NCBI GenBank assembly: GCA_016286385.1
Contig: JAEESO010000013.1
Location: 1,193-65,192, forward strand
Direction: 5' to 3'
Source: Bacteroidales bacterium
GTDB lineage: Bacteria; Bacteroidota; Bacteroidia; Bacteroidales; UBA932
Length of the DNA stretch: 64,000 bases
Program-made: the position numbers and the translations under genes
The notes under the pieces: generated by a model
What the model saw: only the letters and a program-made list of their open reading frames with translations
Databases searched by the model: none
What the model was told of the DNA's origin: nothing
In this document: piece after piece, positions 27,289-37,294 of the stretch
Layout of the letters: each line of letters starts with the position of its first letter
How positions within the stretch are numbered: position 1 is the first letter of the stretch

Positions 27289-27680
27289 CGAAGATCCCCA
27301 AGGGAAGAATCCTCAACGTGCCCGAACCATGAAGAAACCTTGGCTCGGGCCTTTTCTTTGATGGAAGGGGTTATGGCCGATGCAACATAGGCCACAGCCG
27401 CCACCAGGGCCGCCCAGTCATCGGCCAGGCCGGCGAAGGGGAGAAGGTCCGGTAACAAATCGAAAGGAAGGATGAAATAACCCAGGGCTCCCATTATGAC
27501 AGCCTTGTACTTAGAAGGGGTTGCGGGGTCCGTGAGGGTATAATACAGAACCAGGGCGTAATAAATTGTTTTTACGCCCGCCTTTGAGGCTATTTTCTTC
27601 ACCTTTTCCCAAAAAGCGCCCTCTGAGTAGTTTCCTTCGTACTTAATTAAGTCCTTGGAAGTGAGATCTGTCTTTTTCAT
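27285..27680 (-). CDS. YkvA/DUF1232 family protein
   Basis: GALGYFILPFDLLPD...GLADD. Confidence 0.85.
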   Translation of the reverse strand: MKKTDLTSKDLIKYEGNYSEGAFWEKVKKIASKAGVKTIYYALVLYYTLTDPATPSKYKAVIMGALGYFILPFDLLPDLLPFAGLADDWAALVAAVAYVASAITPSIKEKARAKVSSWFGHVEDSSLGDLR

Positions 27681-27732
27681 ACAGAAAGGAAGCCGCAAAT
27701 ATTGTACCCGGGGCACATTTCTTAAAAAAACC

Positions 27733-27763
27733 TTTGATAATAAAAAATTTAATTATAATTTTG
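27733..27763 (+). promoter_or_regulatory. Bacteroidetes sigma-A promoter
   Basis: tttg (27733) and taattttg (27756-27763). Confidence 0.6.
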
Positions 27764-27817
27764 CAGCCAGTAGTGTATAAGACACACCAAAGTTAACTTT
27801 AAATTATCATTAGTACT

Positions 27818-28069
27818 ATGAAGAAAGTATTTATGTCTGCTGCTATCGTAGCCCTTATGGCTGCTGCAGTCGCTTGCGGTAACAACGCAAACAAGAAGGC
27901 CGAGGCCGCTCCCGCAGAGGAAGCAAAGACCGAGTGCTGCGAAGAAAAGAACGCCATCGAGGCTGCTGCCAACGAGGCTGTCGACGCAGTTAAGGATGCC
28001 GCTACTGAGAAGGCTGTTGAGGGAATCAACGCCGCCGCAGATGCAGCTGTTGAGGCTATCAAGAAGTAA
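27818..28069 (+). CDS. Small Ala/Glu-rich lipoprotein
   Basis: Signal ending AVACG; codon usage typical of highly expressed genes. Confidence 0.85.
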   Translation: MKKVFMSAAIVALMAAAVACGNNANKKAEAAPAEEAKTECCEEKNAIEAAANEAVDAVKDAATEKAVEGINAAADAAVEAIKK

Positions 28070-28086
28070 GCTTCACCTTCAAAAAC

Positions 28087-28118
28087 AAAGTCCCGGAGCA
28101 AAAGCCCCGGGATTTTTT
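28087..28118 (+). terminator. Intrinsic terminator
   Basis: aaagtcccgg...ccgggatttttt. Confidence 0.6.
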
Positions 28119-28134
28119 GTATATTTGTCTCTGT

Positions 28135-29496
28135 ATGGCTACAAGTACTAAGACAAAGACTCTGTGGTTCTGCTCAAATTGCGGAAACGAGTACTCCAAG
28201 TGGATGGGGCGCTGCCCCGCCTGCGGGGAGTGGAACACTATGGTTGAAAAGGAAGTTGTAACGGGCAAAAAGGCCGCTGTGAATGTCCCTGGCGCAGGTG
28301 CAAAGCCTATGCCCCTGAGGGATGTCTCCACGGCTCAGGAAGACCGCGTGTCCCTTGGCAGCCCGGAGGTAGACCGCCTTCTTGGCGGCGGAATAGTGAA
28401 GGGGAGCCTGGTACTCATGGGCGGCGAGCCCGGCATCGGCAAAAGTACCCTATCCCTGCAACTTCCTCTTAAAAGACCAGATCTTAAAACGCTCTACGTT
28501 ACCGGTGAGGAATCCGTAAAGCAGGTAAAGATGAGGGCCGACAGACTTGGCGGAGACTGCTCCAACTGCCTCATCTACAGTGAGACGGACATGGCGGAAA
28601 TCCTCAAGCAGGCCCAGGAGGTGGCTCCGGACCTTATGATAGTGGACTCCGTCCAAACCATGTACTGCCAAACCGTGGATTCCACCGCCGGCAGCGTGAG
28701 CCAGATTAAGGAGGTAGCCGCGCAGCTCTTAAGGTTTGCCAAAGGCTCCGGCATCCCCGTCATACTTATCGGCCATATCACAAAGGAAGGCACCATTGCC
28801 GGCCCTAAGATCCTGGAGCACATTGTGGACGTTGTGCTGCAGTTTGAGGGGGAGAACCGCGGGGCATATCGTGTGCTCCGAAGCATCAAAAACCGCTTTG
28901 GAAGCACCTCTGAGCTTGCTGTCTTTGAAATGACCGGCACAGGCCTCAGGGAAGTGGCCAACCCCTCTGAGATGCTCATCCCCATGCACGAGGAAGGCCT
29001 ATCCGGCACGGCAATATCGGCCATGCTGGACGGAAACAGGCCTTTCCTCTTCGAGGTCCAGGCCCTTGTGTCAAGCGCCGTCTACGGAACCGCCCAGCGC
29101 AGCGCCACCGGCTTTGACGTAAGGCGTCTGAACATGCTTCTGGCGGTGCTTGAGCGCCGTGCCGGCTTCAAACTAGGCCAGAAGGACGTGTTCCTAAACA
29201 TGGCCGGCGGCCTACGCATCACAGACCCTGCCGCAGACCTTGCCGTCATCTGCGCCGTTCTCTCCTCCAATTTTGACTACCCCATAAAGGCCGATGTATG
29301 TTTTGCCGGAGAGGTGGGCCTGAGCGGAGAGATCCGCCCTGTATCCCAGGCCGCAAGGCGTGCCGTAGAGGCCGCCAGGCTGGGTTTCAAGAGAATTTTC
29401 GTGAGCTCGTACACCCACTTTGACACAAAGCCGGAGGGCATTGAGATAGTGAAAGTGGCCGATATCCCCGCCCTTGTGAAGGCGCTGTTCAAATAG
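28135..29496 (+). CDS. radA: DNA repair protein RadA/Sms
   Basis: CSNCG...WMGRCPACGEWNT, GGEPGIGKST, KNRFG. Confidence 0.97.
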   Translation: MATSTKTKTLWFCSNCGNEYSKWMGRCPACGEWNTMVEKEVVTGKKAAVNVPGAGAKPMPLRDVSTAQEDRVSLGSPEVDRLLGGGIVKGSLVLMGGEPGIGKSTLSLQLPLKRPDLKTLYVTGEESVKQVKMRADRLGGDCSNCLIYSETDMAEILKQAQEVAPDLMIVDSVQTMYCQTVDSTAGSVSQIKEVAAQLLRFAKGSGIPVILIGHITKEGTIAGPKILEHIVDVVLQFEGENRGAYRVLRSIKNRFGSTSELAVFEMTGTGLREVANPSEMLIPMHEEGLSGTAISAMLDGNRPFLFEVQALVSSAVYGTAQRSATGFDVRRLNMLLAVLERRAGFKLGQKDVFLNMAGGLRITDPAADLAVICAVLSSNFDYPIKADVCFAGEVGLSGEIRPVSQAARRAVEAARLGFKRIFVSSYTHFDTKPEGIEIVKVADIPALVKALFK

Positions 29497-29560
29497 TGCG
29501 TTTTGATTTCTATCTCTAAAAAAGTATATTTGTAACCGGATAATCAATACACTAAAGCAT

Positions 29561-30181
29561 ATGGCAAAGAAGAGTCTACTGAGTCGGATTTTCGACGTTG
29601 ACAAAACCAAGAACCGCGCTGCTTTCTCAGACGTGGAGAACAAAATCACAAAGTACCACTATGGCTCCGACGCCTTTATGCAAATCCTGGAAAGCCGGTA
29701 CTCCTGCCATTCATTCAGCAGTTATCCGGTTCAGGATTCAAAACTTCAGATGATCCTTGAAGCAGGGCGCCTGGCTCCATCGGCCGGTAACAACCAGCCC
29801 ACCCGTATCTGGGTTGTAAAGAGCGAGGAAGCCCTTGCCCGCCTGCGCACAGTCCATCCTTGCTACGGCGCCCCTGTTGTGCTTATCGTCGGCTGCCGCA
29901 ATGAAGAGGCCTGGGTGCGTGAAAGCGATGGCGTGAACGCCGCCAAAACGGATGCCGCCATCCTTCTCACCCATCTTATGCTCACTGCAACGGATGCAGG
30001 CCTTGCCAATATGTGGATATGGGATTTCAACCCCAGCAAAATACGTGAGGTTCTCCCTGAAACCCAGGGTCACGGCATCTATGCCCTCCTTGCAATCGGC
30101 CATCCCGCTGATGGAGAAGGTAATCCCACGGAACTTCACTCAGAGCGGAAGCCCCTGGACCAGATTGTGAAAACCCTGTAG
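29561..30181 (+). CDS. Nitroreductase family protein
   Basis: RYSCHSF, AGRLAPSAGNNQP, HLMLTATDAGL. Confidence 0.88.
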   Translation: MAKKSLLSRIFDVDKTKNRAAFSDVENKITKYHYGSDAFMQILESRYSCHSFSSYPVQDSKLQMILEAGRLAPSAGNNQPTRIWVVKSEEALARLRTVHPCYGAPVVLIVGCRNEEAWVRESDGVNAAKTDAAILLTHLMLTATDAGLANMWIWDFNPSKIREVLPETQGHGIYALLAIGHPADGEGNPTELHSERKPLDQIVKTL

Positions 30182-31404
30182 TGAAGAGGCTTCTAAAATT
30201 TGCACTTATTGTAATTGGCGCGGTTTCATGTAGCCGCGCCAATCCTGTTACGCCTGAGGAGGAAGTTCAGGCGCAGAATCTCCCGCCGGCCCGCATCACA
30301 GACACCATAAGGTATGAGGATAATAATTGTACGGCATATAACTTTGAGTACCCGTCCAAGGACCCTTACGGCAAGCCCGTAACGCTGTCCGGAGCCATAG
30401 TGATAGGTGATGAAATAACCGCTGAGAAGCCTGCCAGGGGCCTTTGCCTCTACAATCACATCACCATCTATGTCAACGACGAATGCCCATCCCAAGGAGA
30501 ACTTACCGTCCAGAAGATGATGGTGGGAAGCGGGCTCATTTCAATATCGGCCGATTATTACGGCTTTGGTGTAACGGCTGGAAAGCATCAGGCCTACGGA
30601 CTTGCCGATACTAACGGTGAAGCCAGCATTGACGCCCTTATTGCCGCCAGGACACTCCTTGCCGATATGGGTTATTCCTGGGACAATGTCATCTTCAACC
30701 TTGGTTACTCCCAGGGCGGGCAGGTGGCAGTAGCCGCGCTTAAGATTGCTACGGAGAAGCACCCGGAGATCCGATTTACCCGCACTTTTGCCGGCGGCGG
30801 GCTCTTTGATGTATCGGCCACATACCGTTTCCTGGTCTCATCAGGAGTAGCTTCCATGCCGGATACCGTAATAAGCGTGCTGCTGGCGTATAACGAGTTC
30901 TATAAGCTGGGTGTCCCGCTGGAAAAGATGTTCAAGGAGCCACTTCTCAGCCATATAGACCAGTGGTTTTTATCCAAGGATTTTAACGCGATTAAACAGA
31001 GGGAACTGATAGGGACAACCAGTCTCAGTGACCTTGTGACCCCGGATCTTCTTGATCTTGACAGCGAGATTTCAAAGAAGTTCCTTAAGGCGATGGACAG
31101 TGAGAGACTCTGCCGCGGATGGGCGCCCTGGCTCAATGAAAACATTACCCTGGTTCACAACAAGGCCGATGACGTGGTCCCCGTGGTCAATACGGAAAAC
31201 CTCCTGCGTTTCCTGGAGAATCACGGCCTTACCGTGGATTCCCGCGTGGAGAACTTCAGGCAGATCCCCGGTGTCCTTGCTCCGCACTTCTGGGGTGCCG
31301 CTCCTTTTTTCACGGACTCCGTCTCCAAGATATCCTCAACCCTTGGAATCGGCCCCTGGATAGCCCCATCACAGATACTTTCCTTACTTAACGACTTATT
31401 ATGA
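30181..31404 (+). CDS. Secreted lipase-like alpha/beta hydrolase lipoprotein
   Basis: Lipobox AVSC, ADYYGFG, GYSQGG, H..DDVVP. Confidence 0.8.
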   Translation: MKRLLKFALIVIGAVSCSRANPVTPEEEVQAQNLPPARITDTIRYEDNNCTAYNFEYPSKDPYGKPVTLSGAIVIGDEITAEKPARGLCLYNHITIYVNDECPSQGELTVQKMMVGSGLISISADYYGFGVTAGKHQAYGLADTNGEASIDALIAARTLLADMGYSWDNVIFNLGYSQGGQVAVAALKIATEKHPEIRFTRTFAGGGLFDVSATYRFLVSSGVASMPDTVISVLLAYNEFYKLGVPLEKMFKEPLLSHIDQWFLSKDFNAIKQRELIGTTSLSDLVTPDLLDLDSEISKKFLKAMDSERLCRGWAPWLNENITLVHNKADDVVPVVNTENLLRFLENHGLTVDSRVENFRQIPGVLAPHFWGAAPFFTDSVSKISSTLGIGPWIAPSQILSLLNDLL

Positions 31405-32195
31405 CGGCTCTGGTGACGGGGGCAAGCAGCGGGATCGGCCTTCAGTATTCAATCATTCTCGCAAGGGATTATTCCTGTGACATCCTGATGGTCTCCAACC
31501 AGGAGAAGGAGCTGGAGGATGCCGCAAAGGAAATAAGCTGTTCCTACGGGGTCAGGACCTGGCCTTTCTATTGTGACCTTGCCAGGGAGGATGCTGCCCG
31601 GACGGTGTACGATTATGCCGCAAAGGAAGGCCTTGCCATAGACATCCTCATCAACAACGCCGGCTTTTTCTTCTTTGACGCCCTTTGCGCAACCCCTCCG
31701 GAGAAGGTTGAGGCCATGGTTATGCTCCACGTGGTTACCGTGACCGGCCTTTGCCGCCTCTTCGGGGCCGATATGTGTAAAAGGGGGAGCGGATATATCC
31801 TCAATATGTCTTCCCTTTGCAGGTGGATGGAATTCCCCGGAATCCACACATATATTGCTACCAAGACATATATCTACAGCTTCTCAAAGTCCATCTGGTA
31901 TGAATTCAGGCCCATGGGTGTGGGCGTTACCGTGGCAACTCCCGGAGCCGTGGATACCGGGCTGTACGGGCTGTCGCCAAAGCTTCGCCGCCTGTTTGTG
32001 CGCCTTGGTGTGAGCCTTCAGCCGGAAAAACTGGCGTCAAAGGCCCTCAAGAGAATGTTCAGGAAGAAGAAAACCTGTATGCCGGGGCTTATCAATCATC
32101 TCTCCATTCCATTTTTCCGCCATTTCCCGGACTGGCTGGTATTCAAGGTGATGAAGCGCCTTGGTAAATTCAGCGCGCTATTCCAGAAAAAATGA
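31401..32195 (+). CDS. SDR family oxidoreductase
   Basis: TGASSGIG, NNAG, YIATK. Confidence 0.9.
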   Translation: MTALVTGASSGIGLQYSIILARDYSCDILMVSNQEKELEDAAKEISCSYGVRTWPFYCDLAREDAARTVYDYAAKEGLAIDILINNAGFFFFDALCATPPEKVEAMVMLHVVTVTGLCRLFGADMCKRGSGYILNMSSLCRWMEFPGIHTYIATKTYIYSFSKSIWYEFRPMGVGVTVATPGAVDTGLYGLSPKLRRLFVRLGVSLQPEKLASKALKRMFRKKKTCMPGLINHLSIPFFRHFPDWLVFKVMKRLGKFSALFQKK

Positions 32196-32226
32196 CTATC
32201 TTTGCACCGAATTAATTCAAAGAGAT

Positions 32227-32514
32227 ATGAATCTTAGAGACATCAAAAAAGACATTGAGTACGTGATCGGCGCATTCGTAGATGACTGCACCCTTTTCCT
32301 GAACGTAAACCCCGGCAAGAACGCCGACGAAATTGCAAACCTTATTGACAAGGCCGTAGACCTTTTCAATGATCTCCGTGAGAAGGTTGCAAAGAGCGCT
32401 GGCGCAGAGAAGCCCAAGGTATGCTTCACCAGCATCCGCAAGGAACTGTTCGAAAAGACGGACGCCCTCTACGACGAACTAAGCGCCGCCGTTAAAAAAG
32501 GTCTGGGAGAATAA
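32227..32514 (+). CDS. Conserved hypothetical protein
   Basis: Preceded by tatctttg -7 box (32197); MNLRDIKKDIEYV. Confidence 0.7.
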   Translation: MNLRDIKKDIEYVIGAFVDDCTLFLNVNPGKNADEIANLIDKAVDLFNDLREKVAKSAGAEKPKVCFTSIRKELFEKTDALYDELSAAVKKGLGE

Positions 32515-32520
32515 TTCCCC

Positions 32521-32624
32521 TGGCCAATAACCGGCTGATAATCAGTCGCTTATAAGTAATCGGGTGCACCGGCAGGTGCACCCGACTTTGTATAAGTGAT
32601 TGAAGATGAGCGAGTTGCGCGCCA
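32521..32624. repeat. Box-40bp palindrome-box element, copy 5
   Basis: Boxes 32528-32552 and 32593-32617; core tcgggtgcacc-ggca-ggtgcacccga. Confidence 0.75.
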
Positions 32625-32634
32625 GCGCGTGCGG

Positions 32635-33480
32635 CTAGAAGCTGAACGTATATTTGAGCCCAAGGATGAGGCCCGTGCTGTACACCCAGCCGGTGCTGTC
32701 GGTGAAGATGCGGACACCTTTTTCGGCCCATTTACCGGCCCCGTTGGTGTCTATCTCATAGTCCATATAGTAATCAAACAGGACGTAAGGGCTCAGGGTG
32801 TGGTACTTACTGAGGTTGATGTCCGCGCCAAGGTTTAACCTTAGCCTGTTGATATAAGCGTGAGTGTAGCCGGTGTGGGTGTAGGTGTAGTACTCCCTTT
32901 TGGTGTCGTTGGTGGTCTGGGCGCTACCGGAAACTACTCCCCAGGGATCATTCAGGGCGGCGCGAACCTCAAAGGAAAGTGACGGATCCACATAGCGCCA
33001 ACCCTTATATTTTACGCCGATCCTTGACTTGAGGGCAAGGGCGTTTCTTGTGCTCTGGTACACGTTGAGGGCATCATAAGCGTTATGGGTGAACTGCAGG
33101 CGTTCCCTGAGGCTGAAGCTGAACTTCCCGGCCTTGAGCGTGCCGGTTACATCGGCCGTAAGCCTGTGCTGGGGTGCCCAGAAGCCGGTGTAGAGGACGT
33201 CATTGTCCAGTTCCTTGTTTATCTTGTAGGGATTTATGAGGGTGTATCCAACGCCAACTTTCAGGAAATCCAGCGGCTTGTATGTCAGGCCAAGGGTGGT
33301 TCTGAGGCTCCCGAGGCCGGCAAAGTTATCGGCCATCCTCATTTCTTCCCTGGCCTCTATGTGGAGGCCTTTCTTTATTTTGTAGTCCACGCCAACCGAG
33401 GCGCGGGCTCCGGTAGAGAAGGTCTGGCCGAAAGCTGCCGCCGGAAGGAGCAGCGCCAAGGCTAACACAATCTTTTTCAT
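32635..33480 (-). CDS. Outer-membrane beta-barrel (DUF2490-like)
   Basis: Signal peptide, alternating beta-strands, SLRERLQFT, C-terminal YTFSF. Confidence 0.7.
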   Translation of the reverse strand: MKKIVLALALLLPAAAFGQTFSTGARASVGVDYKIKKGLHIEAREEMRMADNFAGLGSLRTTLGLTYKPLDFLKVGVGYTLINPYKINKELDNDVLYTGFWAPQHRLTADVTGTLKAGKFSFSLRERLQFTHNAYDALNVYQSTRNALALKSRIGVKYKGWRYVDPSLSFEVRAALNDPWGVVSGSAQTTNDTKREYYTYTHTGYTHAYINRLRLNLGADINLSKYHTLSPYVLFDYYMDYEIDTNGAGKWAEKGVRIFTDSTGWVYSTGLILGLKYTFSF

Positions 33481-34265
33481 CCTACATAGTCTTTTGCGCG
33501 GGTGACGGTGTTCACGGAATTGCTCTCACCTTTTCCCAGCCTGTAATGCACTTTTATCATTGCCGAATCCTTGAGGAAGTCCACATGGCCGATTTCCACG
33601 TTCTCCACCTTCACGCCAAGGCGCTTTTCAAGATCGGCAATGAGTTCCTCCCTCTTTTCCGGGACGATGAGCTCTATCCTGTCGTACTGTACCAGCTTTG
33701 TGGTGACGTGCTTCACCAGGCTCTCGCTCTCCAGCACCCACACCAGAAGCAGCATGAGGCCGTTCACAAGTGCCATGACACCCACATTACCCCAGCCAAG
33801 GACATAGTGCGGGGAGCTTGCAAGATCTACCACGTGGTACAGCGGCGCCAGACCGTTTACCGCCGCCAGGGCGATGATGATGAAGAGGTAGGTCATCTCC
33901 CTGATGGGAACCGTCTCCGTGCGGTAGCGGATAACCCCGAAAATGGCAAACAGGCCCAGCGTAAGGCCAACTCCAACCTCCACGTTACCCATTATGTACA
34001 GAAGGGTAAGCATGGCCGATGAGAACACGATGAACGTAAAGTAGTAGTCTCTTCTGCGGCTTTTCTTATAGTAGAAGAAATGCACCAGGAGCCAGCACAC
34101 AAGAAGGTTCAGGGCAAAACGGATTCCAAGTTCCCCTATCTTCTGGGCGGTTGTCATCATGGCGTCCGTGATGGTCTGAACATCAAGGAGCATGTCGTCG
34201 TCGGCGTCCAGGTTGCCGAAATCGGCAAGGTCCTCCTGGACAAAACGTGAAAGGAAGTTTATCAT
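33477..34265 (-). CDS. DUF4956 membrane protein
   Basis: GLFAIFGVIRYRT..PIREMTYLF, IGHVDFLKD. Confidence 0.88.
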   Translation of the reverse strand: MINFLSRFVQEDLADFGNLDADDDMLLDVQTITDAMMTTAQKIGELGIRFALNLLVCWLLVHFFYYKKSRRRDYYFTFIVFSSAMLTLLYIMGNVEVGVGLTLGLFAIFGVIRYRTETVPIREMTYLFIIIALAAVNGLAPLYHVVDLASSPHYVLGWGNVGVMALVNGLMLLLVWVLESESLVKHVTTKLVQYDRIELIVPEKREELIADLEKRLGVKVENVEIGHVDFLKDSAMIKVHYRLGKGESNSVNTVTRAKDYVG

Positions 34266-35059
34266 TTGACTGTTAATTTATTGCCGATAGTTTTTTCAAT
34301 TTTTCTCACCTTTTCCTTGAACCTGCAGCTTTTCACGGATGAATCCGTGAGGGTTTCGGCAATGCAGTATTTGCTTACGCGGACGGGCTTTATGCGGTGG
34401 TCAAGGAGGATGCCCTTCATCTGGCTCTGAGCCCTTCCGTCCTGCTTTAGCTCTATTATAACCGCATCCTGAAGGTCTGTTTCATGCCCGGTGCGGAAGT
34501 TAGTAAAGCAAAGTTCAGTGTCTATGGTGAGGCGCTCCGTCATGGCGGGATTTACCAGTGTGATGCGCCTGAAACGTGTGTCAAGGACGGGTGAGAGCTG
34601 GTCCACCGTGAACCAGGACTTGGCGGCGAGGAAATCGCAGGCCTTGGTATCGGCCCCAAAATCCATCAGTTCCGCCTGCGGGATTTCCATCCTCTTTTTC
34701 TTGGTGCGGCCGTGGTTGTTCTTTCGCTTGATCTCAAGGTATGTCTCCCCGGATTCTACATAGGTGCGGGTGCGTACCTTTTGGCGCACAAGGTGGCGGT
34801 TGTGATGGTCCAGGAACATCCTGAGGCCGTCCGTGTCAAAGTAGACGGAGGTATATCGGCTCATCTTTTTCCCTTCCACCACAAGCGCCCTGTACCCGGC
34901 TGCGGCGGCATCCTTGAGGACCGCCACAAGCCCGTTCTCATTGGTAAGATACTTGGTGTCTATCCGGTTCAGGAGCTTCACGGACCCCATCTCTTCAAGG
35001 GTGATGGGGCCGATATCCTCCACCGCCTTCTCAAGCCGTATGTTGCTACTTGCCGGCAT
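34262..35059 (-). CDS. VTC-domain (polyphosphate polymerase-like, CYTH/TTM) protein
   Basis: LLNRIDTKY, SVYFDT, KVRTRTY, YLEIKRK, RLTID, IELK, SKYC. Confidence 0.88.
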   Translation of the reverse strand: MPASSNIRLEKAVEDIGPITLEEMGSVKLLNRIDTKYLTNENGLVAVLKDAAAAGYRALVVEGKKMSRYTSVYFDTDGLRMFLDHHNRHLVRQKVRTRTYVESGETYLEIKRKNNHGRTKKKRMEIPQAELMDFGADTKACDFLAAKSWFTVDQLSPVLDTRFRRITLVNPAMTERLTIDTELCFTNFRTGHETDLQDAVIIELKQDGRAQSQMKGILLDHRIKPVRVSKYCIAETLTDSSVKSCRFKEKVRKIEKTIGNKLTVK

Positions 35060-35462
35060 CCTGGGCGATGTATTCGTAGTGCTTGATACTGAGGAGCTTC
35101 CCCTTAGCGCTATAGGTGTACTGGACTTTTTTGCGGGAGAACTCGTTCCACTCGAAGGTCTTGTAGGTCTGGAGCCTGTTGCGGTCATCGTACACAAGTT
35201 CACGGGAAAGCTTGCCGTCAGGGCCGTACTCAAAGCGCTTGCGCCACTTCTGGCCGCTGGAACCGTATTCTATCTCCTCTATCTTCTTTCCTTCAGGAGA
35301 GAAGGTGGTGACGTGATCCAGGACTTTGCTGCTGCCTTTGGGGTCCGTGTTCCATTCCTTGATGACAAGGTTTTTCTTGTTTATTTTCTGCTCCGTGTCC
35401 TGAGCCATTGCTCCCGGGATGAGGAGAAGGGCTGCGGCCGCCAGTATGAGTAATCGTTTCAT
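35046..35462 (-). CDS. Small exported protein with YD-like repeats
   Basis: Signal peptide; repeated FEY/YTY..GKL units. Confidence 0.7.
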   Translation of the reverse strand: MKRLLILAAAALLLIPGAMAQDTEQKINKKNLVIKEWNTDPKGSSKVLDHVTTFSPEGKKIEEIEYGSSGQKWRKRFEYGPDGKLSRELVYDDRNRLQTYKTFEWNEFSRKKVQYTYSAKGKLLSIKHYEYIAQDAGK

Positions 35463-35493
35463 AATAAATGCAAAGATAAGAAAATCCTTGATA

Positions 35494-37236
35494 TCAATGA
35501 CGTCCGCCTGGGCCGCCGCCGCTGCCGGGGCCGCCCTGGCCGCCGGAATATGTGCTCAGGCTCACGGCCTGGCCTCCGCTCACGCTGCAGTCAAGCACGC
35601 CCATTCCGTTCCAGACGTCAGTGCCGCCACTTGCGGTAACTCCGCTCTGGACAGTAGGCTGAGAGGCGCCGGAAACCACAAGGCCGCTGCCGCCGCTTGA
35701 AGGAGTCTTGAAGGCGTGGGTTGTGCTCCCAACCGTGATGGAATACCAGGTGTTCCTGTTCCAGGAAGATGCGCTGTAACAGCTCTGGGACAGAGAGGAT
35801 CCGTTTTCAAGGCCGCCGATTGCAATGATGGTACCGCCGGTAAGGTAGAGTTTATAGCCGCCCTCCGTGTTGGCGTCTATTCCAACTTCCGGAGATGATG
35901 CGCCGATGGTATACACAAGGCCTCCCTTGATGTAAAGGTTGCCGTTGGCGTCCATTCCGTCGTTGCCGGTGGAGTATGCGCATACGCTGCCGCCGGTGAT
36001 TGTCATATCCTTTGCAGAATTGATGGCATCGTCCGAAGACTGGGCGTACACCACGCCGTCAGTGAAATTCATCGCGCCCTTGGATTCAATTGCCTCGTGG
36101 CTTGAGGCCGATGCACTTACGGTGCTTCCGTTGAAGTGGATGTCTCCGTCAAACTTGATGGCCTTTGCGCTCTTGGAACTATCCGTAGCAGTGGCCCTGG
36201 GGCGTCCTCCGCCGCCACCAGAGGATGATGACCCGTAGTTGCTGCCGGTTACGTTCACGTTCACGGTGCCGCCGTTGAAATACGCCACGGCATCTCCGGT
36301 GATGCCCTTGCCGCCCTGGCCGGAGCTGGTCACGGTGAGGGTTCCGCCGTTCATCTTAAATACCTGATCGGCCTTGACGCCGGCTGAAGCCTTGTACTCT
36401 GCATCTTCAGAGTCGTAAGCCGTGCCGCCTGTTGCCTTAACGGTGGTTACGCCGCCGTTGAATACCACAAGGGAGTCGGAGGCGATGCCCTTTTTCATAT
36501 CGGCCGATACACTTACGTCAATGGTGCCGCCGTCAATTGCAACGGCGTCCTTGCCCCTTAAGCCGTGGCCTGCGCCGCTTCCGGCGATGATCTTGATGGA
36601 CGGAGAGCCCATTACGCGCACGTAATCGTCAGAGGTGATTCCGGCCTTTCCCTGGGCGTTATTTGCCGATACTGTAAGGCTGCCTTCTCCGGAAAAGATG
36701 AGCTGTCCTTCAGAGAAAAACACGGCCTTGAGGTCTTCCTCGCCGGTTGCGGCGTAGGCGGCAGAATTGCCGTCGGCAAGCGAAGAAGTGCCGCTGAGCA
36801 CAATGAAACAGCGTTTTTTGCCCTGGTTGTTGATGGCCGCACCGCTGGGATTCGTGAGGCTGAGACCGCTCAGAACCAGCGCCTGCTTGTTGTTGGAGTA
36901 GATCTTCAAGGAGCCAGAGGTGCTGCTTCCGGAAAGTTCGTACTTCACCTTTTCGGTGGTCTTGGTGTTGTCCACGGTGACATCGGCCCCGCTAACGGTC
37001 ACAACGCCGTTGGCGTCTCCGCTTACGGATGCGCCGGAGCCGCTCCACACAATTGAGATTGTGCGGTCGAAGGTGGTTTTGGAGATATCGTCCTCTTCCT
37101 CTTCGTAGGTATCTGTATCACTAGACGGAGTGGAGGAAGAAGTGGATCCGTTGTTACTTGAGGAAAAGATGTCTTCCTTGGAACATCCTGCCAGAACCGT
37201 CCCGGCCGAGAGCAGGAAACAAATTGCCTTCTTCAT
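35494..37236 (-). CDS. Cthe_2159/DUF4353-type beta-helix carbohydrate-binding lipoprotein
   Basis: Lipobox LAGC; repeats GITSDD, DDAINS, NDGMDANG, GIDAN; Gly/Ser-rich. Confidence 0.85.
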   Translation of the reverse strand: MKKAICFLLSAGTVLAGCSKEDIFSSSNNGSTSSSTPSSDTDTYEEEEDDISKTTFDRTISIVWSGSGASVSGDANGVVTVSGADVTVDNTKTTEKVKYELSGSSTSGSLKIYSNNKQALVLSGLSLTNPSGAAINNQGKKRCFIVLSGTSSLADGNSAAYAATGEEDLKAVFFSEGQLIFSGEGSLTVSANNAQGKAGITSDDYVRVMGSPSIKIIAGSGAGHGLRGKDAVAIDGGTIDVSVSADMKKGIASDSLVVFNGGVTTVKATGGTAYDSEDAEYKASAGVKADQVFKMNGGTLTVTSSGQGGKGITGDAVAYFNGGTVNVNVTGSNYGSSSSGGGGGRPRATATDSSKSAKAIKFDGDIHFNGSTVSASASSHEAIESKGAMNFTDGVVYAQSSDDAINSAKDMTITGGSVCAYSTGNDGMDANGNLYIKGGLVYTIGASSPEVGIDANTEGGYKLYLTGGTIIAIGGLENGSSLSQSCYSASSWNRNTWYSITVGSTTHAFKTPSSGGSGLVVSGASQPTVQSGVTASGGTDVWNGMGVLDCSVSGGQAVSLSTYSGGQGGPGSGGGPGGRH

Positions 37237-37294
37237 AGCTATAGGTTTTAAATACACATGGCTGCGAAGAAGGCAAAAAGCGGACCAAAATAGA

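Noticed and set aside
35060-35233. Long N-terminal extension of the VTC protein
   Set aside because: It overlaps the upstream gene in another frame; ATG at 35059 gives a normal-length protein
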